From the NCBI GenBank assembly GCA_965221775.1, contig CBDCSU010000005.1:576001-640000 (forward strand): 64,000 bases of DNA, read 5' to 3'. Both the position numbers and the translations under genes were made by a program. The first letter of the stretch is position 1. Every line of letters starts with the position of its first letter. The notes beneath the pieces are model-generated. The model saw only the letters and a list, made by a program, of their open reading frames with translations, did no database searches and had not been told where the DNA came from. The stretch is from Candidatus Latescibacterota bacterium. GTDB taxonomy: Bacteria > Latescibacterota > UBA2968 > UBA8231. Below are positions 1-18,383 of this stretch, one piece after another.

Positions 1-148
1 AGCCGGTGATGCTGTGGAAGGTGGTCGTCTTGCCGGCCCCGTTCGGCCCGAGGAGGCCGACGACCTCGCCGGGACCGACGTGGAGGGAGACGCCGTCCAC
101 CACCCGCCTGCGGCCATACGTCTTGACGATCTCCTCGACGCGCAGCAT
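1..148 (-). CDS. lptB: LPS export ABC transporter ATP-binding protein (N-terminal part, runs off the window)
   Basis: Manual translation from ATG at 148 gives [49 protein letters not shown] (Walker [10 protein letters not shown]). It directly follows an LptC/LptA-like gene. Confidence 0.85.
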   Translation of the reverse strand, partial: MLRVEEIVKTYGRRRVVDGVSLHVGPGEVVGLLGPNGAGKTTTFHSITG

Positions 149-159
149 CCGCGGTCCCG

Positions 160-4782
<4,623 letters not shown>

Positions 4783-4807
4783 CGGTCCGGCAGGCCCGGC
4801 CTCTGCC

Positions 4808-4836
4808 TTGCCAGGGTACCCACATGATGGTATCGT
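4808..4836 (+). promoter_or_regulatory. Putative sigma70 promoter of smc
   Basis: TTGCCA-17 nt-TATCGT with an extended -10 TG. Confidence 0.55.
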
Positions 4837-4930
4837 TCCTGTCCTGCTCCCCAGCCGGTAGTGGTTCCCCCCCTCTCCCCCCTTCCGCCCCCGGCCCGCC
4901 GGCCGCGCCTCCGGCGAGGAGATTCCGGCC

Positions 4931-7900
4931 TTGCGCCTGACCCATCTCGACGTCTTCGGCTTCAAGTCCTTCCTCGACAAGACCGAGATCCCCTTCGGCC
5001 CCGGGATCTCGGGGATCGTGGGTCCCAACGGCTGCGGCAAGTCCAACATCGTCGAGGCGATCCGGTGGGTCCTCGGCGAGCAGCGCGCCGGCGCCGTCCG
5101 CGGCCACCGCATGGAGGACGTGATCTTCGCCGGCACCCGGGGCCGCAAGCCCCTGGGGATGTGCGAGGTATCGCTGACCATCGACAACGCCGAGCAGGGG
5201 TTGGCGATCGACTACTCGGAGGTGACGATCACCCGCCGCCTCTTCCGCTCGGGCGAGAGCGACTATCTGCTGAACAAGGTCCCCTGCCGGCTCCTCGACA
5301 TCCAGAACCTGCTGATGGACACCGGCCTGGGTCCGGGGGCCTACTCGGTCATGGAGCAGGGGATGGTCGACGAGATCGTCGACGACCGGACCGAGAACCG
5401 CCGCCGCATCCTCGAGGAGGCGGCGGGGATCACCAAGTACAAGGCCCGCCGGCGGTCGACCTGGAACAAGCTCGAGTCGACGCGGTCGGACCTGCAGCGC
5501 ATCGAGGACGTCGTCGGCGAGATCAAGCGCAACGTCGACCTCCTCGGCCGGCAGGTGGGCAGGGCCCGACGCTACCAGGAGCTCAAGGCCGAGCTCGACG
5601 ACCTCGACGTGCGCCACGGGCGGCACGAGTTCTACTCCCTTCAGGAGCGGCTGCAGCCCCTGCAGCGGGAGTTCGACGAGTTGTCGAGGACGGTGGAGGC
5701 GGGGCTGACGAGGTTCACCGGCCTCGAAGCGGAGTTGGAGACGGAGCGCCTCGCCCTCACCGAGTCCGAGGGGGCCCTGCAGGAGGCGGGCCGGCGCCTC
5801 TCGCAGTGCCAGGAGGAGATCCACGTTCTCGACACCCACCTCGTCTCGTCGCGGGAGCAGCGCAAGGCCCGGGACGAGTCGATGCAGCGCGCCGCCGGAC
5901 AGCGGGAGGAGTCGCGGCGCCAGCTTGGCGAGACCGCCGCCCGCCTCGACGAGACCCGATCGAGCCTGGGGCGGTCCGAGGCCGAGGCCGCGGGAATGGA
6001 GGACCGCCTGCGGTCCCAGGAGGAGAGGGCCGGTGCCGCCGACGAGGAGTACGAATCGGTCCGTACCGGCCTGGACAGCGAGAACCGCCGCCTGCGCGAG
6101 TTGCTGCGCGAGAAGAGCGAGGGCAGCGAGTCGATGGCCCGCCTCCGGAGCGAGCGCCAGGGGCTGGAACAGATGGCGGAGCACCTGCGCGCCGAGGCCG
6201 CCGAGGACGACGACGGCCTGAAGCAGGCGCGCCGGGCGGTGGCGGCGGCCGGGTCCTCGCTGGAGACGCGGCGGGAGCGGATCACGGCCACCTCCGCCGC
6301 CCTGGACTCGGCCGCGAACCGGCGGTCCGAGGCCGAGTCGGCCATCTCCGCCCGCACCGGCCCCCTGGCCGACCTGCGCCGCGAGATCGAGTCGGGGCAC
6401 GCCCGCCTGCAGGGCCTGGAGCGGCTGCGCGCCGGGTACGAGGGCTACGCCGGGGGAGTCCGCGAGTTGCTCGTCGATTCCCCCTGTTCCGGGCTGTTCG
6501 AGGGCGTCCTGGGAGACCTGATCGAGGTCGAGCCAGGTCTGGAACGCGCCGTGGAGACCGCCCTGGGCGATGCCGTGGAAGCCCTCGTGGCCCGCGGGGA
6601 CGAGGGCTTGCTGGAGGCCCTCGAGTACCTTCGCGGCCGCTCCGGCCGAGCCGGGATCTACCCCCTCTCCTGGCAGGACGGCCCCGGGGAACCGGGCGCG
6701 GACCTGAGCGGCGTCGACGGGGTCTCGGGTCCTCTGGTGAAGCGGGTCCGGGCGGGGGATCACCTGGCGCCGCTGCTGAACCGGCTGCTCCACAACGCCT
6801 TTGTCGTGGACGATCTGACCACGGCGGTCGCCCTCGCCCGCCGGCACCCTGGACTGCCCTTGCGTCTGGTCACCGCCGGTGGCGAGGGGATCGGCACCGA
6901 CGGCCGTCTGGCCGGAGGCGCAGAGGCTCCGGAGGAGGGCCTCCTCCACCGGCGGCGGGAGATCGCCGAACTGCGCTTCGCCCTGTCCCGCCGGCAGGCG
7001 CGTCTGGCCGTTGCCGAGGCGGTGGCCGCGGCGGAGGTCAGGCGCCGCGACATCCTCGCGGCCCTCGTCGAGAGCCTGACCCGGGGGCTGGAGGACGAAG
7101 GCCGGGCCGAGGCCGGGGAGCGCCTGCAGCTCCGCTCCGCCCGCGAGGAGCAGGACCGGCTCAGTTCCCGGCGGGAGCAGCAGCAGTCCCGCCTGGCCGC
7201 CACCGAGGAAAAGCTGCGGGCGCTGGCCGGCGACGCCCCCCGGGAGGAGGCCCGGCTGGCCGCGATCGAGGAGGAGATCTCCGGTCTCGAAGGCCGGATC
7301 CAGGCCGGGGAGAGACGGCTGGAGGCCGCCGAGGGGGCCCGCCGCCAGCAGCAGGAGGCCCTCAACGGGCTGCGCCTGGAGAGCGTTCGGATCGACGCCG
7401 TGGCCAAGGGCCTGCGGGACGAGTGCGAGCGCCTCGAGCGCCTCCGCAGGGGCCACGCGACCTCGATCGAGCGGCTGCAGGACGAGGTCGCACGGGCCGA
7501 CCAGGAGCGGGCCCGCCTGGGGGCCGAAGAGGAGGCGATCACCACCCAGCTGGCCGTCAGGCACGAGGAGCACGAGGGGCTGGAAGGCGAGCGTCAGGAG
7601 CGCCACCGCCAGTGGCAGGACCGCACCACCGGGGCCCGCGGGCTGGAGGAGGAGATCGGCCGCCTGCAGCGGGAGCTGGGCGCCGACCGGGAGCGCCGCC
7701 ATCGGCAGGAGCTGCAGCTGGCGGAGATGAAGGCCGAGTGCCGCCGGATCGAGGGGCGCCTGAGGGAGGAGTACGAGGTCGCCCTGGCCTCTCTCGGCCC
7801 TCTGGACGAGGCCGACTTCGACGCTTCGGCCGCCGCTGAGCGGCTGGAGCAGATCCGCCGATCCATCGCCCGGCTGGGACCGGTGAACGTGGGCGTGCTG

Positions 7901-8491
7901 GAGGACTACGAGGAGCAGAAGGAGCGCTACGACTTCCTCTGCCGGCAGCGCGACGACCTGGAGTCGGCCGCCGAGGACCTGCGCAAGGCCCTGCAGCGCA
8001 TCGACCGCGTCGCCCGGAGCAAGTTCCGTGAGACCTTCGCCGAGATCCGCGAGAAGTTCCGCGAGACCTTCGCCCGGTTCTTTCCCGGCGGCGAGGCCGA
8101 TCTCTCACTGGAGGCGGACGTGGACCCCCTGGAGTCGAACATCGAGATCACCGCCCGGCCGAGGGGCAAGCGCCTGCAGAGCATCGGCCTGCTCTCCGGC
8201 GGCGAGCGCGCCCTGACCGCGATCTCCCTGCTCTTCGCCATCTACCTGGTCAAGCCGAGTCCCTGGTGCATCCTCGACGAGGTCGACGCTCCCCTGGACG
8301 ACGCCAACACCGAGCGCTTCCTGCGGGTGCTGCGGGAGTTCGCGCGCACCACCCAGTTCATTCTGGTGACCCACAACAAGCTGTCCATGGCATCGGCCGA
8401 CTCCCTGCACGGAGTGACCATGCCGGAGGAAGGGGTGTCGCAGCTGGTCTCGGTGCAAGTCGTGGAGGAGATGCTCGAAGCGGCGGGCTGA
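4931..8491 (+). CDS. smc: Chromosome segregation protein SMC
   Basis: GFKSF, Walker A GPNGCGKSN, long coiled coils with a hinge, LSGGE signature, LDEVDAPLD; 1186 aa. Confidence 0.97.
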   Translation: MRLTHLDVFGFKSFLDKTEIPFGPGISGIVGPNGCGKSNIVEAIRWVLGEQRAGAVRGHRMEDVIFAGTRGRKPLGMCEVSLTIDNAEQGLAIDYSEVTITRRLFRSGESDYLLNKVPCRLLDIQNLLMDTGLGPGAYSVMEQGMVDEIVDDRTENRRRILEEAAGITKYKARRRSTWNKLESTRSDLQRIEDVVGEIKRNVDLLGRQVGRARRYQELKAELDDLDVRHGRHEFYSLQERLQPLQREFDELSRTVEAGLTRFTGLEAELETERLALTESEGALQEAGRRLSQCQEEIHVLDTHLVSSREQRKARDESMQRAAGQREESRRQLGETAARLDETRSSLGRSEAEAAGMEDRLRSQEERAGAADEEYESVRTGLDSENRRLRELLREKSEGSESMARLRSERQGLEQMAEHLRAEAAEDDDGLKQARRAVAAAGSSLETRRERITATSAALDSAANRRSEAESAISARTGPLADLRREIESGHARLQGLERLRAGYEGYAGGVRELLVDSPCSGLFEGVLGDLIEVEPGLERAVETALGDAVEALVARGDEGLLEALEYLRGRSGRAGIYPLSWQDGPGEPGADLSGVDGVSGPLVKRVRAGDHLAPLLNRLLHNAFVVDDLTTAVALARRHPGLPLRLVTAGGEGIGTDGRLAGGAEAPEEGLLHRRREIAELRFALSRRQARLAVAEAVAAAEVRRRDILAALVESLTRGLEDEGRAEAGERLQLRSAREEQDRLSSRREQQQSRLAATEEKLRALAGDAPREEARLAAIEEEISGLEGRIQAGERRLEAAEGARRQQQEALNGLRLESVRIDAVAKGLRDECERLERLRRGHATSIERLQDEVARADQERARLGAEEEAITTQLAVRHEEHEGLEGERQERHRQWQDRTTGARGLEEEIGRLQRELGADRERRHRQELQLAEMKAECRRIEGRLREEYEVALASLGPLDEADFDASAAAERLEQIRRSIARLGPVNVGVLEDYEEQKERYDFLCRQRDDLESAAEDLRKALQRIDRVARSKFRETFAEIREKFRETFARFFPGGEADLSLEADVDPLESNIEITARPRGKRLQSIGLLSGGERALTAISLLFAIYLVKPSPWCILDEVDAPLDDANTERFLRVLREFARTTQFILVTHNKLSMASADSLHGVTMPEEGVSQLVSVQVVEEMLEAAG

Positions 8492-8498
8492 GGCGGCC

Positions 8499-9353
8499 TC
8501 AACCGGCCCGCAAGCCGTACGGGTCCTGCTCCATCAGCAGCCGCGCCCTCCCGGAGGTCCGCGCGTCTCCCGAGCCCAGGGCGTCCTGCAGGAAGGCCGG
8601 GTGCTCCACGAGGAAGCGGCGCATGGCCCCGGCGGGATCTCCGAGATAGTCCACGAGCACGGTGTGCTGGGCCTCGCTGATCCGGCCACGGCGGCGCAGC
8701 TCGGCGAACATCGCCCCGTCGACGCGCAGGCACGCCTCGGCGTCGACTCCGCGGGCGGCGATCACCTCCATCCCCCCTTGTCCGCGGTCGACGACGTTGG
8801 CGCTCACCGCCATGTCGCCGCCGCGCCCCCGCAGGGCCGGGATCCAGGCGCGCGTGTAGGAAGAGGCCTCGGTCACCAGGTCGGCCACGTGGGCGGTACG
8901 CCGGCCCTCCAGATCCTCCACCGGGGCCAGGAGGTCCCCCGCGGCGGTCAGGGCGCCCCCGTCCTTGTAGAGGTAGAGGTGCGGCAGCCCGGTCCTCAGG
9001 GCGGCGCCGGTGGAGAAGAACCAGTCGCGCCGCTCCCCTCCCGAGACCCAGTCGATCCCGCCCGCCGGCTCCCGCCTGCGGATCGAGGCGGCGAGAGCGT
9101 CGATCACCGCGGCGTAGGCCGGGTCCGAAGCCAGTTGCGCCGAGATCCGCTCCGTCAGGCGCGCGTGGAAATCGGCGGACCTCGACCCGGCATCGATGAA
9201 GGCGAGCAGCTCTTCGGCTCTCTCGGGGCCTCCGAAGAGGAAGTGGGTGTTGATGTAGTACGGTCCCACCGTGCCGGAGGTGTACCAGAACACCTGCCCC
9301 GGGGGCGCGATGCGCAGCGCCTCGGAGCCAAGGAGAGACTCGAGCAGGTCCAT
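8499..9353 (-). CDS. Orotate phosphoribosyltransferase-like type I PRTase (atypical family)
   Basis: FWYTSG..GPYYINTH, SGGERRDWFFS, PRPP-loop-like HVADLVTEASSY, VVDR.QGG. ATG overlaps the rmlC stop. Confidence 0.65.
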   Translation of the reverse strand: MDLLESLLGSEALRIAPPGQVFWYTSGTVGPYYINTHFLFGGPERAEELLAFIDAGSRSADFHARLTERISAQLASDPAYAAVIDALAASIRRREPAGGIDWVSGGERRDWFFSTGAALRTGLPHLYLYKDGGALTAAGDLLAPVEDLEGRRTAHVADLVTEASSYTRAWIPALRGRGGDMAVSANVVDRGQGGMEVIAARGVDAEACLRVDGAMFAELRRRGRISEAQHTVLVDYLGDPAGAMRRFLVEHPAFLQDALGSGDARTSGRARLLMEQDPYGLRAG

Positions 9354-9892
9354 CAGGGCAGGTCGGCCTCGTCGAGATCGCACAGCCGCGGATTGGCGGC
9401 GTCCCGGCGGGAGATCACCGGCAGCCTGCCGGCCTCGAGGCCCCAGTCGATACCGACGCCGGGATCGTCCCAGGCCAGGCCGTGCTCGTCGGCTCCCGTG
9501 TAGTACTGGTCGACGACGTAGAGGAAGGTCGCCTCGGTGAGGGCGTGGTAGCCGTGGGCCACGCCCGGCGGGATGAAGAGGGTGCGGAAGGACTCACCGT
9601 CGAGCTGCAGGGTCTCGCCCACCCCGCGCGTCGGAGAGCGCCGGCGCAGGTCGTACAGGCCGACGCGCAGGGAGCCGGCCACGCAGTGCCAGCAGTCGGC
9701 CTGGAGATGGTGGAAGTGCAGGCCGCGGAGGACCCCGGGACCCGAGTGCGAGCGGTTGACCTGGAGCCGGTCCCAGGCGCGCCCGGGGAACCACTCGCGG
9801 CGGAAGATCTCGGCGAACCGGCCGCGGTCGTCGCCGAAGACGTCCAGCTCGACGGTGAAGACGCCGGTGATCCGCCCCTCCGTCCGCTCCAC
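9353..9892 (-). CDS. rfbC: dTDP-4-dehydrorhamnose 3,5-epimerase
   Basis: FGDDRGRFAE, QVNRSHS..GVLRGLHFH, DLRRRSPT, IPPGVAHGY, WDDP..GIDW, SRRD. Confidence 0.92.
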   Translation of the reverse strand: MERTEGRITGVFTVELDVFGDDRGRFAEIFRREWFPGRAWDRLQVNRSHSGPGVLRGLHFHHLQADCWHCVAGSLRVGLYDLRRRSPTRGVGETLQLDGESFRTLFIPPGVAHGYHALTEATFLYVVDQYYTGADEHGLAWDDPGVGIDWGLEAGRLPVISRRDAANPRLCDLDEADLP

Positions 9893-9895
9893 GCC

Positions 9896-10534
9896 TCAGC
9901 CTCCTCGGCCGCAGCACTTCTTGTACTTGCGGCCGCTGCCGCAGGGACAGGGGTCGTTGCGCCCCACCTTGGGCTGCTCCCGCCGGAAGGTGACCACCCG
10001 CTGCGGCAGCAGCCGCTCTCCCTCCAGCATCTCGGCGGGGCGCCGGCCGTCGAGACCGTCCCGGGGCGTCTGCAGCCACTCGTCGTGGAGCCGCTGCAGC
10101 TCCTCCTCGCCAGGCGACTCGTGGCCGCGCTCCTGGCAGAACAGGCCGAAGTCGGCCATCAGCCGGCCCCGCGGCGAGTCGAGGACCTGCTGCAGCTGGG
10201 CGGCGTCGACCCCGGGGGGCAGGGCCTGTCCGAGGGCGGCCATCCGCGCCCCGATGTCGATGCCGGAATCGGCGGTCCCTTCCGCGGGATCCTGCGCCTC
10301 TTCCGCCGGGTCCGCCTCCTCCTCCTCCGAGGCCGGTCGAACCCGCGGCGCCAGTTGCGCGAGCAGGGCGGCGAGGGGCTCCGCCGAGGCGGGGCGGTCC
10401 GCCGCCGCCTGGGAGGAGATCCACCCGGGGTCCTCCCCGTCGGCCAGCAGCTCCAGGATCTCTTCGGCCTCGAGCCGCCGGATGGCGTGGGTCTCGCAGA
10501 ACTCCCGCAGGGTCCGTGTGGCGTCCGCGTCCAT
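9896..10534 (-). CDS. SEC-C motif (zinc-binding) protein
   Basis: C-terminal [21 protein letters not shown]. Confidence 0.85.
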   Translation of the reverse strand: MDADATRTLREFCETHAIRRLEAEEILELLADGEDPGWISSQAAADRPASAEPLAALLAQLAPRVRPASEEEEADPAEEAQDPAEGTADSGIDIGARMAALGQALPPGVDAAQLQQVLDSPRGRLMADFGLFCQERGHESPGEEELQRLHDEWLQTPRDGLDGRRPAEMLEGERLLPQRVVTFRREQPKVGRNDPCPCGSGRKYKKCCGRGG

Positions 10535-10562
10535 CTCTCTCCACTTCTGAATCGGGCGCCCG

Positions 10563-10590
10563 AATCTAGGCCGCGTCCGGGGCTGGGCAA
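10563..10590 (-). promoter_or_regulatory. Putative sigma70 promoter of the SEC-C/rmlC/PRTase genes
   Basis: Minus strand TTGCCC-16 nt-TAGATT. Confidence 0.4.
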
Positions 10591-10786
10591 AGCCGGCGGG
10601 CGCTCAGAACTCTGACGGAGATCCTCAGAATCCTGAGCCGAAAGACCTGTCCCCGGCCTTGGGACAGGATTCGCCCGGGTGTGCACAACTCCCTTGGAAA
10701 ACAGCTGGTTACGATAGTTCCCCGAGACCTGGCACGATGATTGCCATACGGGAGACCAGAACAATCACCATCAGCCGCGTCAACCG

Positions 10787-11413
10787 ATGGAGGCCGTCAT
10801 GGATGCCAAGCAAGCCCTCGCCGATCGCAACCTGCTGCGGCAGGCCGCCCACGACACGAACCATCTCGCGGCCCTCGTGCGGCGCTACCGCGCTCCCCTG
10901 TTCAGCTTCGTCTATCGCTTCGTGGGCGACCGCGAGACCGCCGAGGACATCGTGCAGGAGACCTTCCTGCGATGCCTGCGGCACAAGCACCAGTATCCCG
11001 CCATCGAGCAGGTCTCGACCTGGCTCTACACGATCGCCGGCAACCTGGCCAAGACCGAGCTGCGCCGGCGCAAGCGCTGGCACTGGGTCCCCATCGGCCC
11101 CATGCCCGAGGAGGAGGAGCGCGTCTCCTGCTACGAGCCGGTGGACTCGGACCCGCTTCCTGGCGAGTATACCGATGCGCGCAAGGTCCACTCCTCGGTG
11201 GCCCGAGCCATCGACGAGCTGCCCGCCGAGTTCCGGGAGGCGGTGGAGCTGCGCGACCTCAACGGCCTCTCCTACGAGGAGATCGCCAAGATCATCGACT
11301 GCCCGGTGGGCACGGTGAAGTCCCGCGTCAACCGGGGACGCCTGCGGCTGCAGAAGCGCCTGCGCTCCCTGGCCGACGAGTTCCTCGGAGAGCTCATGCC
11401 GGCCGCCGCCTGA
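10787..11413 (+). CDS. ECF RNA polymerase sigma factor (RpoE/SigW-like)
   Basis: Region 2 AEDIVQETFL...STWLYTIAGN; region 4 LSYEEIAKIIDCPVGTVKSRVNRGR. Confidence 0.93.
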   Translation: MEAVMDAKQALADRNLLRQAAHDTNHLAALVRRYRAPLFSFVYRFVGDRETAEDIVQETFLRCLRHKHQYPAIEQVSTWLYTIAGNLAKTELRRRKRWHWVPIGPMPEEEERVSCYEPVDSDPLPGEYTDARKVHSSVARAIDELPAEFREAVELRDLNGLSYEEIAKIIDCPVGTVKSRVNRGRLRLQKRLRSLADEFLGELMPAAA

Positions 11414-11432
11414 ATCCGCGAGAGGATCCGCC

Positions 11433-12482
11433 GTGAACGTCGACCGCTCCCTCCTGCTCTCCGACCTCGAACGCCTGCTGGTGGCCCACGGACCTTCCGG
11501 GGTCGAGGGGGAGGTCGACGCTCTGCTGCGCGAGATGCTCCACTCCTGCGGCGAGATCCGTCAGGATGCCGCCGGCAGCCTGGTCCTCCACTTCCCGGGG
11601 GCCCGGAGCGGCGGCGCCGTCGCCGTCACCGCCCACAAGGACGAGATCTGCATGATCGTCAAGCGGGTCGAGGCGGAGGGACGCCTGCGCGTGCAGCCCG
11701 TGGGCGGGCTCCATCCCTGGGCCGTGGGCGAGACCCCGGTGGAGATTCTCGCCGAAGAACCGGTCCCCGGAGTGTTGTCCATCGGCTCCAAGCACGTCTC
11801 GGGCGAGAGCCCCGCCGGCGCCCTGAAGTCCGGCGCCGCCCTGACGTGGGAGAAGATGCACGTGGAGACGAAGCTCGACGCCGACGGCCTGGAGCGCCTC
11901 GGCGTGCGGCCCGGGCGGCGCGTCGTCCTGGCGCGGGGCCGCAAGGCCCCCATGTGGCTGGGAGAGGAGTTCCTGTGCGGCTACAACCTCGACTGCCGGG
12001 CCGGACTCGCCGTGCTCGTGGCCGCCGCGCGGCAGCTGCACCGGGAGCCGCCGGACCGGGACGTCTACCTCGTGGCCAGCGCCGAGGAGGAGATCGGCGG
12101 TCTCGGCGCCATCTGGTCGGTGGGACAGCTGCCGGCGGAAACCGTCATCGCCCTCGACTTGGCCCCCGTGGCCGACGAGTACCAGATCGTCAACAGCGCC
12201 GAACCGGTCCTGCCCTGCAAGGACGTCTCCGGGCTCTACAGCGAGCCCCTGGTCGACCACCTGACGGGGCTCGCCGCCGGTCTCGGCTTCGGCGTGCAGA
12301 CCGCCGTCCTCACCAGCTACGCCAGCGACGCCACCCTGGCCCGGGCCGCGGGCTCCGCCGGCCGCGCCGCGCTGATCGCCTATCCCGGCGACAACACCCA
12401 CGGTTACGAGATCTGCCACGCCGGTGGCATCGTCAACTGTGCGCGGCTGCTGCTGGCCTGGCTGTACGACCCGGAGGGCTGA
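11433..12482 (+). CDS. M42 family metallopeptidase
   Basis: GPSGVE, TAHKDEI, NLDCRAG, AEEEIG, ALD, SDA, THGYE. Confidence 0.88.
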   Translation: MNVDRSLLLSDLERLLVAHGPSGVEGEVDALLREMLHSCGEIRQDAAGSLVLHFPGARSGGAVAVTAHKDEICMIVKRVEAEGRLRVQPVGGLHPWAVGETPVEILAEEPVPGVLSIGSKHVSGESPAGALKSGAALTWEKMHVETKLDADGLERLGVRPGRRVVLARGRKAPMWLGEEFLCGYNLDCRAGLAVLVAAARQLHREPPDRDVYLVASAEEEIGGLGAIWSVGQLPAETVIALDLAPVADEYQIVNSAEPVLPCKDVSGLYSEPLVDHLTGLAAGLGFGVQTAVLTSYASDATLARAAGSAGRAALIAYPGDNTHGYEICHAGGIVNCARLLLAWLYDPEG

Positions 12483-12513
12483 CCCGAAGGCGCGTCTCCC
12501 CCGGTGCGGGTCT

Positions 12514-13566
12514 TCAGTAGGCCCGGTGCACGAAGAACTCCAGCATCTCCCGCAGCAGCTCCCGCTCTTCCGTCGCCGGCAGCTCCTGAAGCAGTTGGTG
12601 GGCTTCCTGGCCGCGGCGGTCCGCCACTTCCGAGGCGTAGGCGATCGCACCGCGCTCCGAGGCCATGCCGATGACGGTCTCGATCTGCTCCGGCGTGGTC
12701 TCCTCTCGGGAGGTGTGCAGGATCTCGAGGACGCGGCGCCGGTCGTCGCCGCCGCACTTGCGCAGCAGGTCGATGATGATCAGGGTGCGCTTGCCCTCGG
12801 CGATGTCGCCGCCCCGCTCCTTGCCGTAGGCCCCCGCCGCCAGGCCCGGCGCCTGGGCCGCGTCGGCGGCGGTCGACATCAGGTTCAGCAGGTCGTCGCG
12901 GATCTGGAAGGCGATGGCCATGGCCTCTCCGAAGTCGCCGATGGCGCGCTGCTGCGCCTCCGGCGCCCCGGCGATGATCGCCCCCGCCGTGCACGGCCCC
13001 CTGCCGGTGTACCAGCCGGTCTTCTTCCGCAGCATGGTCATGAACTGCTCCTCGTCGGGGACCGTGCGGCTGCGGATCCAGCCGATGTCGTAGGCCTGCC
13101 CCTCGAAGGTCTCGCGGGAGCCGCGGAGCATCTCCTCGATCAGGGTCAGGGTCATCTCGCACCCGAGGAGCGGTCCGTTGGCGGCGAGCATCTCGAAGAC
13201 CTTGGCGTAGAGCGCATCGCCGACATTGATGCTCAGCGGCACCCCCTGGAGGCGGTGCATGCAGGGCTCGCCGCGGCGCATCTCGGAGTCGTCCTCGATG
13301 TCGTCGTGGAGCAGGGCGAAGGACTGGAACATCTCGAAGGCCGCGGCGGTGCGCATGGCGCGGCGCAGGTCGCCGCCGAGGGCCCCGCACGACAGCAGCA
13401 CCAGGGCCGGCCGGGAGCGCTTGCCGCCGCGCTCGGGGTAGACGCGCATCGGGCCGTACAGGTAGTCCTCGGGTTCCTGCACGGGGAGGAAGGAGAACAG
13501 CTCCTCCTCGATCAGGGGGATCTGGGTCTCGAGGAAGCCCCGCAGCCGGGGGGAGACGTCGGCCAT
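12514..13566 (-). CDS. Polyprenyl diphosphate synthase (GGPP synthase-like)
   Basis: GGKRSRP, FARM FALLHDDIED..RRG, GQAYD, KKTG, FQIRDD, GKERGGDIAEGKRT. Confidence 0.9.
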   Translation of the reverse strand: MADVSPRLRGFLETQIPLIEEELFSFLPVQEPEDYLYGPMRVYPERGGKRSRPALVLLSCGALGGDLRRAMRTAAAFEMFQSFALLHDDIEDDSEMRRGEPCMHRLQGVPLSINVGDALYAKVFEMLAANGPLLGCEMTLTLIEEMLRGSRETFEGQAYDIGWIRSRTVPDEEQFMTMLRKKTGWYTGRGPCTAGAIIAGAPEAQQRAIGDFGEAMAIAFQIRDDLLNLMSTAADAAQAPGLAAGAYGKERGGDIAEGKRTLIIIDLLRKCGGDDRRRVLEILHTSREETTPEQIETVIGMASERGAIAYASEVADRRGQEAHQLLQELPATEERELLREMLEFFVHRAY

Positions 13567-13572
13567 GGTCCC

Positions 13573-13974
13573 CTAGCCGCCCGCTCCCGCGACCCTGAGA
13601 CGGGTCAGGGCCCGCAGCAGGGCCGCCCGGGCGCGGTCGAGGTCGATGTCGGCCTGGGCGCTCAGCCGTTGGCGCGCCCGGTCGCGGGCGGTCTCGGCCC
13701 GGGCCACGTCGATCTCGGCGTCGTACTCGGCGGTCTCGGCCAGCACCGTGACCCCCTCGCCGGAGACCTCGACGAAGCCGCCGCTCACCGCCAGGGACCG
13801 GCGCCCGCCCTCCTCCTGGAAAGAGAGGGGGCCTGTCTTCAGGGCCGCCACCATGGGGGCGTGTCGCGCCAGCACGCCGAAGGAGCCCTCGCTGCCGGGA
13901 GCCCGGAGGCTCGACACCGGCCCGGAGAACAGGACGCGCTCGGGGGTGACGACGCGCAGGGGATAGTCGGCCAT
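13573..13974 (-). CDS. atpC: F1 ATP synthase epsilon subunit
   Basis: VVTPER, GSFGVLARHAP, VSGGFVEV, and operon position. Confidence 0.95.
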   Translation of the reverse strand: MADYPLRVVTPERVLFSGPVSSLRAPGSEGSFGVLARHAPMVAALKTGPLSFQEEGGRRSLAVSGGFVEVSGEGVTVLAETAEYDAEIDVARAETARDRARQRLSAQADIDLDRARAALLRALTRLRVAGAGG

Positions 13975-13976
13975 GG

Positions 13977-17775
<3,799 letters not shown>

Positions 17776-17822
17776 TCGGCTCTCTCGTTCCTGAATTGGT
17801 TGCAGTTGGCTGCGGCCGGCCC

Positions 17823-18365
17823 TCAGGCGCTCACGAGGCGGTCCCGCAGGCGGCGCAGCTGGGTCTCGACGGAGGCGTCGAAGACGGTGTCGCCGATACG
17901 GGCGACGAGACCGCCGCGGAGCGACTCGTCCACCTCGGCCCGGACGCTCACCCTGCGGCCGGTGTAGTGCGACAGGCGGCTGCCCAGGGCCTCGACCTGC
18001 CCGGGCGTCAGGGCCGTTGCGCTGCGGACCTCGGCGGTATCGACCCCGGCGCGCGCGTCGAGCATGGCCAGGGCCGCGTCGACCATGTCGGCCAGAGCAT
18101 GGCTGCGGCCCCGTGAGGCCACCAGGAGCGTGAAGTGGAGGGTGAGAGGCTGCACCTTGCCGGCCAGGACGGCCTCCAGCGCCTTCGAGGCGGTGGCGCC
18201 GTCGACGAGGCGGTTGCCGAGGAACTCCCGCAGCTCCGCGGAAGCGCCCAAGGTGGCCGCCAGCCCCTCCAGGTCGCGGCGCACCTGCCCGGTGACGCCG
18301 GACTCCTCCGCCGCTTCGAGGAGGGTCACGGCGTAGCGCCGGACCAGCTCTGTTGCCTTCGCCAT
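17823..18365 (-). CDS. atpH: ATP synthase delta subunit
   Basis: [22 protein letters not shown]...[10 protein letters not shown]. Confidence 0.93.
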   Translation of the reverse strand: MAKATELVRRYAVTLLEAAEESGVTGQVRRDLEGLAATLGASAELREFLGNRLVDGATASKALEAVLAGKVQPLTLHFTLLVASRGRSHALADMVDAALAMLDARAGVDTAEVRSATALTPGQVEALGSRLSHYTGRRVSVRAEVDESLRGGLVARIGDTVFDASVETQLRRLRDRLVSA

Positions 18366-18383
18366 GTGGCGGTCCCGTCCCCC

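Noticed and set aside
10690-10725. ECF-type autoregulatory promoter (GGAAA...GTT)
   Set aside because: Match too weak to support without knowing the ECF group consensus.
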